A DNA stretch of 64,000 nucleotides, taken from positions 1-64,000 of the forward strand of contig JAHDYP010000013.1 of assembly GCA_023383055.1 (NCBI GenBank). The letters run 5' to 3'. Of the stretch, positions 15,301 to 23,147 are shown piece after piece. Position 1 is the stretch's first letter. Each line of letters starts with the position of its first letter. Made by a program: the position numbers and the translations under genes. The notes beneath the pieces were generated by a model, which worked only from the letters and a program-made list of their open reading frames with translations, did not search any database and was not told the DNA's origin. The stretch comes from Verrucomicrobiota bacterium. Its GTDB lineage: Bacteria > Verrucomicrobiota > Verrucomicrobiia > Limisphaerales > JAHDYP01.

Positions 15301-15701
15301 GAGGTGTTGATGCGGGCCCGACCCAGCAAGGTCAGCCCGCCCCACAGGCCCCGTTCGTAGATGCCCAGCGTTCCCGGGTTGTTCACGTCATCGTCAAGGG
15401 CCGTCATGATGATCGGGTTCTGCGCGGTGCCGTTGGCGAAGATCTTCGCCCCCCGCGTCACCACCAGGGCGCCCACCGGGTCGGCCGTGCCTTTGATCAC
15501 CGTGCCCGCCTCGATGTGCAATTCGGCCCCCTCCAGCGCATAGATGAACCCGTTCAACACATACTCGTTGGTCCGATACCACTGCACCACACCCGTCAGC
15601 GGCGCCGTCACCTGGATCGTGTCGGCAAGCGTGCTGCCGGCCAGCATCAACATCGCCCCGATCGACCAGGAGCAGAACCGGAATGGAATTGTCCTTTTCA
15701 T
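12351..15701 (-). CDS. Secreted protein with a duplicated ~407-aa N-terminal module and a C-terminal fasciclin (FAS1) domain
   Basis: Signal peptide MKRTIPFRFCSWSIGAMLMLAGSTLA. The module beginning TIQVTAPLTGVVQWYRTNEYVLNGF... and ending ...PVNYIGAF occurs twice, identically. FAS1 motifs LTVFAPNNAAFAAL and GVAHIIDQVLLPP lie near the C-terminus. Confidence 0.8.
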   Translation of the reverse strand: MKRTIPFRFCSWSIGAMLMLAGSTLADTIQVTAPLTGVVQWYRTNEYVLNGFIYALEGAELHIEAGTVIKGTADPVGALVVTRGAKIFANGTAQNPIIMTALDDDVNNPGTLGIYERGLWGGLTLLGRARINTSSNVAGDAATPKYDVYEGLEDIVVNGQNVHRLGGDDDQDSSGVLRYLSVRHAGVVFAANKEFNGISFGAVGEGTVVEFCEAYAVADDGFEFFGGKVNTKYMVSAFNDDDSFDTDQGFRGKHQFVFVIQEPGKVDKSAELNGEPNDIGVGAEPVANFTVYNATFIGAGQNAPAGQGANNNAFTVRWYAAPRFYNSIFTDFSRQGISIDSRSDAHLQSGLLDFRDNLWWGFNNDNTVANLAVTPNAAVLFEDAARNNRIEDPKLLGISRVGDGGLDPRLAPDSPAWNSPRTAPADGFYTPVNYIGAFDDNDLWIANWTALSAYGIVAPRAANTIQVTAPLTGVVQWYRTNEYVLNGFIYALEGAELHIEAGTVIKGTADPVGALVVTRGAKIFANGTAQNPIIMTALDDDVNNPGTLGIYERGLWGGLTLLGRARINTSSNVAGDAATPKYDVYEGLEDIVVNGQNVHRLGGDDDQDSSGVLRYLSVRHAGVVFAANKEFNGISFGAVGEGTVVEFCEAYAVADDGFEFFGGKVNTKYMVSAFNDDDSFDTDQGFRGKHQFVFVIQEPGKVDKSAELNGEPNDIGVGAEPVANFTVYNATFIGAGQNAPAGQGANNNAFTVRWYAAPRFYNSIFTDFSRQGISIDSRSDAHLQSGLLDFRDNLWWGFNNDNTVANLAVTPNAAVLFEDAARNNRIEDPKLLGISRVGDGGLDPRLAPDSPAWNSPRTAPADGFYTPVNYIGAFADYNWAGDWTAVAAYHVFSNEGVRNPLPLIAPVTEPDLVELLASREDLSTLVAAVQAAGLTNALAGEGPLTVFAPNNAAFAALGQELIDELLQDPERLTAILLYHAVAARALSSDLTTGPLTTVAGADVQITITGDTVKVNEATVIEADLLASNGVAHIIDQVLLPPTPQAPTLVAGIEEGQIAIQTPTEAGRSYQLQSTADLMANPIEWVNVGEPVTGTGEPIGFRDAMDAGAKYYRIAVD
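13093..14312. repeat. Copy A of a perfect ~1220-bp tandem direct repeat (period 1308 bp) inside the fasciclin-protein gene
   Basis: Six-frame ORFs are duplicated exactly at a +1308 offset (e.g. 13129-13422 = 14437-14730; 13636-13860 = 14944-15168). Boundaries come from direct comparison: a mismatch at 13092 vs 14400, and divergence after 14312 vs 15620. Confidence 0.85.
14401..15620. repeat. Copy B of the perfect ~1220-bp tandem direct repeat
   Basis: See copy A. The two copies are identical at nucleotide level across all compared stretches. Confidence 0.85.
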
Positions 15702-15782
15702 GATTGGCTATTCGAATGTTACGTTGTTTGTCTTCTCGCGAAGCGCTGGCCATCGTGGACAGCGCAGGTTACGGAGAAATGC

Positions 15783-15799
15783 GGATTGAGTTACAATCC
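15783..15799. promoter_or_regulatory. 17-bp palindrome GGATTG-agtta-CAATCC ~80 bp upstream of the fasciclin-protein gene start (candidate operator)
   Basis: Read directly: ggattgagttacaatcc. Arms are exact reverse complements. It lies in the 120-bp upstream region of the gene starting at 15701 (minus strand). Confidence 0.3.
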
Positions 15800-15822
15800 C
15801 GTGAAAGCGGCCCGATTCCCGT

Positions 15823-16764
15823 TTAGCGTTTCCGCGGACGGGACACATGAACCGCCACCGGACCGGTGAAATCGAGGCCGGTCAGGCTGGCAGGCCCGGT
15901 GACGCCGGGTTTGCGGAAAGCGACCAGGGTGGGATAACCGTCGCGATGGACACGGGCGCCGATGGCCAGGGTGCCTTCCAGCCGCTTGAAGGCCAGCATG
16001 CGCCGCCGCGCGCCCGCCTCATGCGGCACCAACACCGTGAGCATGGCCAGGGCGCCTTCGGGTTTGGGGGTGACACCCTCGAGCGTCCAGCTCGGTCGAG
16101 CCTGGCTCTCTCCGGAGGCGGCATCGTCTTGCCGCTGTGAGAATTCGAGCGGCTGCGGGAATAGATGGCGCACCGTGGCACCGGCGGTCGGCAGTTCGAG
16201 AAGATGATGTTCCCTCGCGGCATCCCACTCGAAGCGATCCGCCGCCCGCAGCAGGAATCGGCTTGTCGCCGGCTCCGCCGGCAGCAGGAAGTCGCAGATC
16301 AAGATCAGGTCCGGCTCGACCCAAACCACATGACGCTCGGCGAGGTTTGACCCGGCGACGGTCTTCGCGCGCAGAGCTACGCCCAAGTAGCTCCAGCCTT
16401 CCGCTGCCACCGGCGCGAGCAACTCGCCGGTCCACAGTGCGGTGACCTCGGTTCCGAGTTGGGGCGGTGGCGCGTCGAGATGGATCCCAGGGAGCATCCG
16501 GATCCGAACGGTACCCGCGAGCGGTGAGGGATCGCCGTGACTGCCGCTCAGCAGGATCTGGAATCGTCCCGCAGGGTCCGCTCCCACCGGGGACCACGCG
16601 GCCGCTCCGGCGTGATTGGCCAGGGAGTCGGCCGCCAGGGCGTTGCTGGTGCAGACCAGAAGCGGCACTGCCAGCAGGAAGCTCCCGCAGAGGCGCCTAT
16701 GCAGTCGGAGCCCGGAGAGTGTGGTCGCAGGGGAACGGAGCGGTTTGCGTAAGGCGGGTTGCAT
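15823..16764 (-). CDS. Hypothetical secreted protein downstream of the TonB-dependent receptor
   Basis: Start chosen at MQPALRKPLRSPATTLSGLRLHRRLCGSFLLAVPLLVCTSNALA (signal peptide; ATG ending 16764). The longer ORF to 16992 overlaps the receptor gene. No family recognised. Confidence 0.5.
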   Translation of the reverse strand: MQPALRKPLRSPATTLSGLRLHRRLCGSFLLAVPLLVCTSNALAADSLANHAGAAAWSPVGADPAGRFQILLSGSHGDPSPLAGTVRIRMLPGIHLDAPPPQLGTEVTALWTGELLAPVAAEGWSYLGVALRAKTVAGSNLAERHVVWVEPDLILICDFLLPAEPATSRFLLRAADRFEWDAAREHHLLELPTAGATVRHLFPQPLEFSQRQDDAASGESQARPSWTLEGVTPKPEGALAMLTVLVPHEAGARRRMLAFKRLEGTLAIGARVHRDGYPTLVAFRKPGVTGPASLTGLDFTGPVAVHVSRPRKR

Positions 16765-16792
16765 GGGTCGAAATGATTCGGGCAGCTGGGCT

Positions 16793-19708
16793 TCACCAAT
16801 CGTAGGCCACCGTAAGGCCAAACGTTCGCCCCTTGGTGATACGGGTGTGCAGGTACTCGGTGCGTTCCTCGGAGTAGGTGCGTTCGTAGGGGGGATCCAG
16901 GAGGTTTTTCGCGGAAAACCGCAGTCGCCAGTGCTTGCCAAGCCGCTGGGAGAGCACGAAATCCAGCACGGGCACCGGTTGTTCATAGACATCCAACCCC
17001 TGCGGATCGGCGATGAAAATGCGCGGCCCGTAAATACCGAAGAGCACGGTGGCGACCGTGCCCCAGCGCGGATGTTCGTAGGTCAGGTCCGCATTCACGA
17101 CGTAGGGAGATTGATCGTACAGCTGGCGCGTGTCGTCGGCTCCGGGGTCGATCCGCCGCCGGGCGGTCAACTCCTCCGGAGTCAACGGCACCTCGGACTC
17201 GATCCAGGCGAAGTTGCCGCCCACGCTGAAGGGGGCCCATAGCGGCGAAACGAAGTCCAGACGCTGGCGCACCTCGAATTCGACGCCATAGATGCGGGCG
17301 CTTTCGCGATTCTCATAGCTCACGATGTCCCGCTGGAGATCGACGAAAGTCTTCTCGATCGGGTTTTCGAGATCTTTGTGGAAAAGACTCACGGCCAGGA
17401 GCGCGCTGGGGGTCGTGAACCATTCCCAGCGCAAATCGAAGTTCTGAATCGAGGTCATCTGGAGGTTCGGGTTGCCGTCCAGAAACTCGTTGAGCACAGT
17501 GTCGTACGAACGGATGGGCGACATCTCGCGGAACGTCGGCCGCGCCACCGTCTGGCTGTAGCTAAACCGGACGTTCATGTTGGTGATGACTTCAAGAATC
17601 AAGCTCGCCGCGGGCAACACGTCGAGCTGGTCGATTTCGCTTTCCACCGGCACCTCCCGGGCGCGGGCGCCGATCGTCAGGTCGGTGTGCTCGAGTCGGG
17701 CTCCGCCGATGAACCGGAGGCGCTCGAGCAGGGGCAGTTCGACCATCCCGTAGCCCGCCTGGAGATCCTGCTGGCCGTCATAGAAGCCTTGGGAGGTGCG
17801 TTCGGCACGGAGGTAGCGTCCCCAGTTGTAGGTGATCAGGCCGGCCGCGTTCGTCGTGGGGTGGTAGCCGAGATTCTCTTCGGTCAGGAAAGTGTTGGGA
17901 TTGCCGTCGAAGACGAATCCCGAGGTGTGGTAGTAGTAGTTCCGGTCAAAATAGCTGCGCGTGGTGCCGCTGAAATAGTAACCCAACTTGAACTCGGCTT
18001 CGCCCACATTCCAACTATCGAACGGCACGGTGACGTCGGTCTTGAAATTCCAGTTCTGCTCCTCCAGCTCGCGAAAGTACCGAGTGGGATTGCTCGGCTG
18101 CGGAATATTGTTCGCGCCCAGCGCGTAGGCGCCGCCGTTGGTTTCGACCAGGAAGTTGAAGTATCGCAGGTCGGGTTCGTCCTGCGTGGTGCGCGCCATC
18201 GACCCCAGCCAGTCCAGGCGGATGCCGCGCGCCTCCGGGAAGTCGTGGCGGCCGCGCAGTTGATAGCTCTGCAGATTGCGTTCGATGAAGTGCAGGGTGT
18301 TGAGGTCGAAATTGTGACCTTGCTCGCCCGGCCGGAGATCGGGACCGTAACGCCGCAGGGCAGTGTCTTCACTGTTCTGATTGTAAAGAAAGTTGAAACC
18401 CAGCTCATGGTCGGGACTGACCTGCCACGCCAGATTGACGACCGACCCCCAGAGCACTTCTTCCACGCCGCGCACCTCGTCGTACTGAAACTTCGGTGCC
18501 AAAGGCGGATTCTGGTCGATATTCAAGAGGTAACGATCTGACTTGCCATCGTCGTAGTACTGAAACTTGCGGCTATACGTCAGGCCCGCGAACATGCCAA
18601 AAGGCCGTTCGAGAAGTTGGATGGTGTCGCCGATGTTCAGCGAGAGATTGTGATCGAGCGGGGCGCGACTCGTGGTCGGCTGAAACTGCGTCACCCCGAG
18701 CTCCCGCGTCAACTCGTCCAGCCGATCGGCGCGGGCGATGAGCTCCGGCTGGTTCGGCCGCGCGGTGGTCGGAGCCCGCTGGACCAGTGCGGCGTCGAGT
18801 TCTGCGGTGTCGAGAGCGCTCGGCAAGGCACGCGTGCCGTCATCCATGCCCAGCCAGTCGCTCGAACCGCCTTCGTACGAGGCAAAGTCTCGGTTGAGAC
18901 TGGCCTGGGTGTTGTAACCCACCCCAACTGAAGACGAGAGTGTAAACCGCTCGGGAAAGGAGCGCGTCATGATGTTGATCCCGCCTCCGGTGAAGTTGCC
19001 GGGTTGATCCGGAGTGAACGTCTTATTGACGACCACCCGGTCGATCAAACCGGCGGGAAACAAGTCGAGCGGCGCCGTCTTGTAGTAGGGATTCGCGGAC
19101 GGCACCTCGGCTCCATTCAACTGCAAGCCCGTGTAACGCTCGTTCAAGCCGCGCACGACCGGAGTCTTGCTTTCCGCCACCGTGATGCCCGGCACCTTGC
19201 TGACGATGTCGGCGGCGTCGCTGGCACCCGCTCGGCTGAACTGGACCGAGCCGATCGCGTCCTGCATAGCCGCCGCCCGCTGCCGCAGTTCGAGTAGTTC
19301 GGCGGACTGCCCTTCCAGCACAGCCGCCGTTACTTCGTATTCCTCCATCTCGTAGAACTCGGGGCGCAAGCGCAGATTCACGGTCGAAGCCTGCCCGGGA
19401 CCGACCCGCACCTCGGTGACGACGGCCCGGGCGTAACCCGATTTCGAGAAGGCCACGGTCTGATCGCCCACCGGCACCCCCTCCAGCAGGTAACGACCAT
19501 CACTGCCGGTCGCCACCGCCAGCGTCGTGCCCCGCACGCTGACCACCACCCCCGCCAGCGGCACCCCGTGCCACTCGTCCATGACCGTTCCCGCCACCGC
19601 TCCGGCACTGGCGGAGTCTTGAGCCCGGGAAACGACCGTGCCGATGCCGAGGAATCCCGCCCAAATCAGGAGGGTAACCAGGACCCGGCGGCAAGGACTA
19701 CGGTTCAT
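16793..19708 (-). CDS. TonB-dependent outer-membrane receptor with N-terminal carboxypeptidase-regulatory-like domain
   Basis: Signal peptide. CarbopepD_reg-like beta-sandwich (GTVMDEWHGVPLAGVVVSVRGTTLAVATGSDGRYLLEGVPVGDQTVAFSKSGY). Plug domain (DAADIVSKVPGITVAESKTPVVRGLNERYTGLQLNGAEVPS...). 971 aa with an aromatic C-terminal beta-barrel end. Confidence 0.9.
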   Translation of the reverse strand: MNRSPCRRVLVTLLIWAGFLGIGTVVSRAQDSASAGAVAGTVMDEWHGVPLAGVVVSVRGTTLAVATGSDGRYLLEGVPVGDQTVAFSKSGYARAVVTEVRVGPGQASTVNLRLRPEFYEMEEYEVTAAVLEGQSAELLELRQRAAAMQDAIGSVQFSRAGASDAADIVSKVPGITVAESKTPVVRGLNERYTGLQLNGAEVPSANPYYKTAPLDLFPAGLIDRVVVNKTFTPDQPGNFTGGGINIMTRSFPERFTLSSSVGVGYNTQASLNRDFASYEGGSSDWLGMDDGTRALPSALDTAELDAALVQRAPTTARPNQPELIARADRLDELTRELGVTQFQPTTSRAPLDHNLSLNIGDTIQLLERPFGMFAGLTYSRKFQYYDDGKSDRYLLNIDQNPPLAPKFQYDEVRGVEEVLWGSVVNLAWQVSPDHELGFNFLYNQNSEDTALRRYGPDLRPGEQGHNFDLNTLHFIERNLQSYQLRGRHDFPEARGIRLDWLGSMARTTQDEPDLRYFNFLVETNGGAYALGANNIPQPSNPTRYFRELEEQNWNFKTDVTVPFDSWNVGEAEFKLGYYFSGTTRSYFDRNYYYHTSGFVFDGNPNTFLTEENLGYHPTTNAAGLITYNWGRYLRAERTSQGFYDGQQDLQAGYGMVELPLLERLRFIGGARLEHTDLTIGARAREVPVESEIDQLDVLPAASLILEVITNMNVRFSYSQTVARPTFREMSPIRSYDTVLNEFLDGNPNLQMTSIQNFDLRWEWFTTPSALLAVSLFHKDLENPIEKTFVDLQRDIVSYENRESARIYGVEFEVRQRLDFVSPLWAPFSVGGNFAWIESEVPLTPEELTARRRIDPGADDTRQLYDQSPYVVNADLTYEHPRWGTVATVLFGIYGPRIFIADPQGLDVYEQPVPVLDFVLSQRLGKHWRLRFSAKNLLDPPYERTYSEERTEYLHTRITKGRTFGLTVAYDW

Positions 19709-19728
19709 GCGCAGGTCGCCCGGGGCTG

Positions 19729-21123
19729 CTAGGAGCGGACACCGCGGGCCGCGGCGAGTTCGACCTTCTCGAGGTAGCGCTGGATATGATCGCGAGGGCG
19801 GAGCTTCTGCGCCTTGCGGAGCAGTTCCGCGGCTTCGGCGTAGTCGCGCGCCTGGACCCGGAGTTCCGCCTGTTTGATCCAGGCCTCGGCCCGGAACGCC
19901 TCGACGTTGGCGGCGGTCTGATAGCGAAAGTCCGCCTTCTCCCGTTGATCGTGGCGCGCGTAGTAATCGCCCGCCAGCATCAACGCCTCGGCGTCCAGGG
20001 GGTTGCTCCGGATGATCTCTTCAAGCATCGCGATCGCCCGCTCGCCGTCGCCCAGCCCCAACGCCGCCCGGGCCTCGAACCGCCGCAACTTCGCCAGATC
20101 CTCCTCGCCGAGCGTGGCGCCATAGGTGGCGCGAATGGTTTCGAACAAGGCCAATGCCTCCTGGAACGCCCCGCGCGTGACCAGGATCTCCGCGGTGCGC
20201 AACGCCCGGCCGCTCCGGCTGCCATCGTCCTGCTCCATCGATTCGCGGTAAGCCGACAGCGCCAGTGCCGTCGATTCCTGCGCCATGTAGAGATCCCCGA
20301 GGAGGGCCAGGTCCTGGGCCGTGGCCTGCCCCAGTCGCCGCACCGCCTCGAGATTGACCGCCGCCTGCAACGGTTGTTCCTGCTGGAGGTAGACGTTGGC
20401 TTGGAGCACCCAGAGGTTCGCCTTGTCCGGGTGACTCTGGATGAGTTCGTCGAGCAGTTCGGTCGCCGGGAGGTACTGGCCCACTTCGATGAAGCTCTTG
20501 ATCAACCCGAGTTTCCAATCGAGATTGGCCGGGTCGTGCAACACGGCGTTCTTGTAGGCCGCCTCGGCCGAAACGTGATTCCCCAGGTTCAGGTGGCAGA
20601 ATCCCAGCAACCCGTAAGTCACGGCTTCCGCCCCGCCCAACTCGATGGCTTTCGTCAGATGCGGACTCGCCTCGGCGTATCGGCCCTCGCGCGCCAGCAA
20701 CATCCCGAGACTCCGGTGCGCCCGCATGAACCGGGGGAATTTGGCCACCGCCACCTCATAGTGACGCACGGCATTTGTGGTGTCGCCTTCTCCCAACAGC
20801 AACGAAGCCACCGAGAAATCGAGCAGCGCGCTCGAGCTCGGTGTGATTTTTCCCGCCAGTTCCGCGGCCGCTTGACTTGGGTTCTCGGTGAACAACCGCC
20901 GTTCGTCCAGGCTGCGATACAGGGTCTGTTCCTCGAGGCTCAGCCTCGGCTCGACGCTGGCCTCGTATCCGAAGAACCGCCGGGCAAAATCAGGATCGTT
21001 CCAGATGGCGGCCAGGGGCCGCTCGTCCGGCGGCGGCGGAGCCTTGGGAGCCCGCGCGGCGAGGGCACTGCCCGCCAGGGTGATCGAAAGGAAGCAACCG
21101 AGAGTTCGCTGCAATCGCGTCAT
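19729..21123 (-). CDS. Periplasmic tetratricopeptide-repeat protein (TtpD-like partner of TonB systems)
   Basis: Signal peptide MTRLQRTLGCFLSITLAGSALAARA followed by multiple TPR-like helical repeats (AxxxYxxA..., LGxxxxAxxxY). Confidence 0.75.
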   Translation of the reverse strand: MTRLQRTLGCFLSITLAGSALAARAPKAPPPPDERPLAAIWNDPDFARRFFGYEASVEPRLSLEEQTLYRSLDERRLFTENPSQAAAELAGKITPSSSALLDFSVASLLLGEGDTTNAVRHYEVAVAKFPRFMRAHRSLGMLLAREGRYAEASPHLTKAIELGGAEAVTYGLLGFCHLNLGNHVSAEAAYKNAVLHDPANLDWKLGLIKSFIEVGQYLPATELLDELIQSHPDKANLWVLQANVYLQQEQPLQAAVNLEAVRRLGQATAQDLALLGDLYMAQESTALALSAYRESMEQDDGSRSGRALRTAEILVTRGAFQEALALFETIRATYGATLGEEDLAKLRRFEARAALGLGDGERAIAMLEEIIRSNPLDAEALMLAGDYYARHDQREKADFRYQTAANVEAFRAEAWIKQAELRVQARDYAEAAELLRKAQKLRPRDHIQRYLEKVELAAARGVRS

Positions 21124-21140
21124 GGTCTGTTCACTTGATG

Positions 21141-21212
21141 TTCAAATCCCAACTGGAAAATCCGAAATCCAAAGTCCGAAATGCGAAATCCCAAAACCGA
21201 AATCCGAACGCA
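21141..21212 (-). repeat. Degenerate tandem array of ~5 GGAUUUCGG-like units (9-12 nt period) in the 5' leader of the TPR gene, between tonB and the TPR gene
   Basis: Forward strand reads aaaatccgaaatccaaagtccgaaatgcgaaatcccaaaaccgaaatccgaacg. On the mRNA strand this gives repeated GGAUUUCGG / GGAUUU motifs ending ~18 nt before the ATG at 21123. Confidence 0.6.
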
Positions 21213-21291
21213 ACGCCAACGTCCGTGCCTGCCGCTGCTGCTGGCGATTGACAGGCTGTGCTTCATACGAATGGCCACGAAAAGCCGCGGG

Positions 21292-21948
21292 TTAGCTGGC
21301 CACCCGAAACCGGATCGGCTGGCGCATATAGGTCTTCACCGCCGCGCCATCCTTCATGCCGGCCTTGAATCGCCAGCGGCGGATCGCCTCGAGCGCGGGT
21401 CGCTCGAACTCGGAACGGCTCGAGGATTCGACTCGCGCGTCCTCGACCGCACCGTTCTCCGTCAGCAGGAACACCACCGAAACCACGCCCTCGATCCGCG
21501 CCTTCCGCAACTCGGGCGGGTAAGCCGGCGGCACCGCCGCAATTAACGTGGGCGGCTTGTCCAGGTCCGACACGTCGAGCGCCTGGGCGAGGTCCCGGGC
21601 GGCGTCGGCGCTGCCGCCGAACAGATTCATCGCCAGCGCGCCGCCGGAGCCGACCGCCACCTCGAGATCGACGGTGATCGCCATCGGCTGCGCGGTGTCC
21701 GAGAGCACCGGCGGCGGTTCGGGCGGCGGCTCGTCTTCCGGCGGTGGCGGCGGCGCCTCGTCCATCGACGGCGGAGCCTGCATCACGGTCGAGTCCACCT
21801 TGGTGATGAACAAATCGCGCTTGGCATAGCTCGAGACGAGCTGCGTCAGCGGCAGCACCAGGAACACCACCAGCGTGATCAAGACCGCGCCCGCCAATCG
21901 GACCCCGGTCCAGGCATTCGACGGCGGCGGTGAGTAGACTCGGCGCAT
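21292..21948 (-). CDS. tonB: Energy transducer TonB
   Basis: N-terminal TM (LAGAVLITLVVFLVLPL). Pro/Glu-rich spacer (EAPPPPPEDEPPPEPPPV). C-terminal TonB domain (ARIEGVVSVVFLLTENGAVEDARVESSSRSEFERPALEAIRRWRFKAG). Confidence 0.8.
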   Translation of the reverse strand: MRRVYSPPPSNAWTGVRLAGAVLITLVVFLVLPLTQLVSSYAKRDLFITKVDSTVMQAPPSMDEAPPPPPEDEPPPEPPPVLSDTAQPMAITVDLEVAVGSGGALAMNLFGGSADAARDLAQALDVSDLDKPPTLIAAVPPAYPPELRKARIEGVVSVVFLLTENGAVEDARVESSSRSEFERPALEAIRRWRFKAGMKDGAAVKTYMRQPIRFRVAS

Positions 21949-21995
21949 GCGCTCGGGCTCTTGGCTGGTTCACGTGCCGACGACCCGATCGTCGC

Positions 21996-22418
21996 TCACG
22001 CGCCCGACGCGCGGGCCGCCAGGCTCACGTTCTTGGCGCCGCCCAGTTTGGATTCGTCGATCACGCGCAGCACGGTGTCGGCTTCGGCGGTGCGGTCCAC
22101 CTGGATGATCACCGGCATCGGCTGTTGTTCGACCAGGCGTTTGACCAGCGGACGCACGCCGCCCACGCCGATTTCCTCCCCGCCGTAGACGACCTGGCCC
22201 TTCGCGGTGACCGCCAGCAGGATGCTGTTCTTGTCCAGCGCGGTGGCGGAGGCCGCGGAGGGTTTGTCGATTTCGACCCCGGTCTCCTCGACGAAGGTCG
22301 TGGTCACAATGAAAAAAATCAGGAGAATGAACACCATGTCGATCAACGGCGATATGTTGATGTCGGTGACCTCCTCGGTATCGGTGATGGCGCGACGGTA
22401 CTTCATATTGACCCGCAC
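21996..22418 (-). CDS. exbD: Biopolymer transport protein ExbD/TolR
   Basis: INISPLIDMVFILLIFFIV TM segment and ExbD periplasmic domain. The alternative start MKYRR lies 12 nt downstream, at 22406. Confidence 0.85.
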   Translation of the reverse strand: MRVNMKYRRAITDTEEVTDINISPLIDMVFILLIFFIVTTTFVEETGVEIDKPSAASATALDKNSILLAVTAKGQVVYGGEEIGVGGVRPLVKRLVEQQPMPVIIQVDRTAEADTVLRVIDESKLGGAKNVSLAARASGA

Positions 22419-22475
22419 ATCGCTGGTGTTGGCGCTTCCATGGCTGCGGCTTTGCTGCGGTGCGAAACGCGCGGG

Positions 22476-23144
22476 CTAGGCCGGCACCAGGCTCGCCCCC
22501 ACCGGCGCCACCGCTTCCGACCGCGCCGGGATCGCGACCGGCGCGACCGTGAAACTGCGCCGGAAATGCTGCACCGTTACACTCTCCAATCGGGCGAGGA
22601 ACGCCTCGTACTCCGCGCGCTTGCGTTTGATCAAATAGACCATCGCCAGGCCCGGCAGGGCGACGCACAAGCCGACTTCGGGCGGGAAGAGCGCCTGGGA
22701 AATCCCGGCGGACATCATTTCGGACATCTGCCCGCCACCCAGCGCGATGGACTGGAAGGTCACCAGCATGCCCAGCACCGTGCCCAGCAGCCCGATCAGC
22801 GGCGCGGCGGTGATCAGGATGTTCAGGAACACCAGCCGCCGATCGATGACCGGCAGCTTGGTCGCCACGACCTCGGCAAAGCGATTGTGAATGTCCCCCA
22901 GCGAACGGACTTCGTCCTGGGTGTAGCGAATGATCTCACCCACTTCGCCCTCGGCCTCCTGGGGCCGGCTCACCCAACGGCGCCAGGTATCGCGCGGCAA
23001 CTGGCGATGCTGCCGGGCGGAGAAATAGAGCAACAGCCGGAGGGCCTGGCTGTAGATCAACAGGCTCAGTATCGCCAACGGGATCATGGTCCAGCCCCCG
23101 GCCAGCCACACGTTCCATACCTTTTCGATGAATAGCTCGATCAT
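22476..23144 (-). CDS. exbB: MotA/TolQ/ExbB proton-channel protein
   Basis: Three TM helices with LNILITAAPLIGLLGTVLGMLVTFQSIALGGGQMSEMMSAGISQALFPPEVGLCVALPGLAMVYLIKRK, the ExbB/TolQ signature region. Confidence 0.85.
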   Translation of the reverse strand: MIELFIEKVWNVWLAGGWTMIPLAILSLLIYSQALRLLLYFSARQHRQLPRDTWRRWVSRPQEAEGEVGEIIRYTQDEVRSLGDIHNRFAEVVATKLPVIDRRLVFLNILITAAPLIGLLGTVLGMLVTFQSIALGGGQMSEMMSAGISQALFPPEVGLCVALPGLAMVYLIKRKRAEYEAFLARLESVTVQHFRRSFTVAPVAIPARSEAVAPVGASLVPA

Positions 23145-23147
23145 GAC

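Noticed and set aside
13093-15620. Tandem repeats considered as a possible CRISPR array or mobile element
   Set aside because: Only two very long (1.2 kb) coding copies, in frame within one gene. No short repeat-spacer periodicity and no cas genes anywhere in the window.
12492-15869. 1125-aa plus-strand ORF containing an internal duplication
   Set aside because: It is the antisense frame of the fasciclin-protein gene. The duplication merely mirrors the 1.2-kb tandem repeat. The minus-strand product has a signal peptide and a FAS1 domain.
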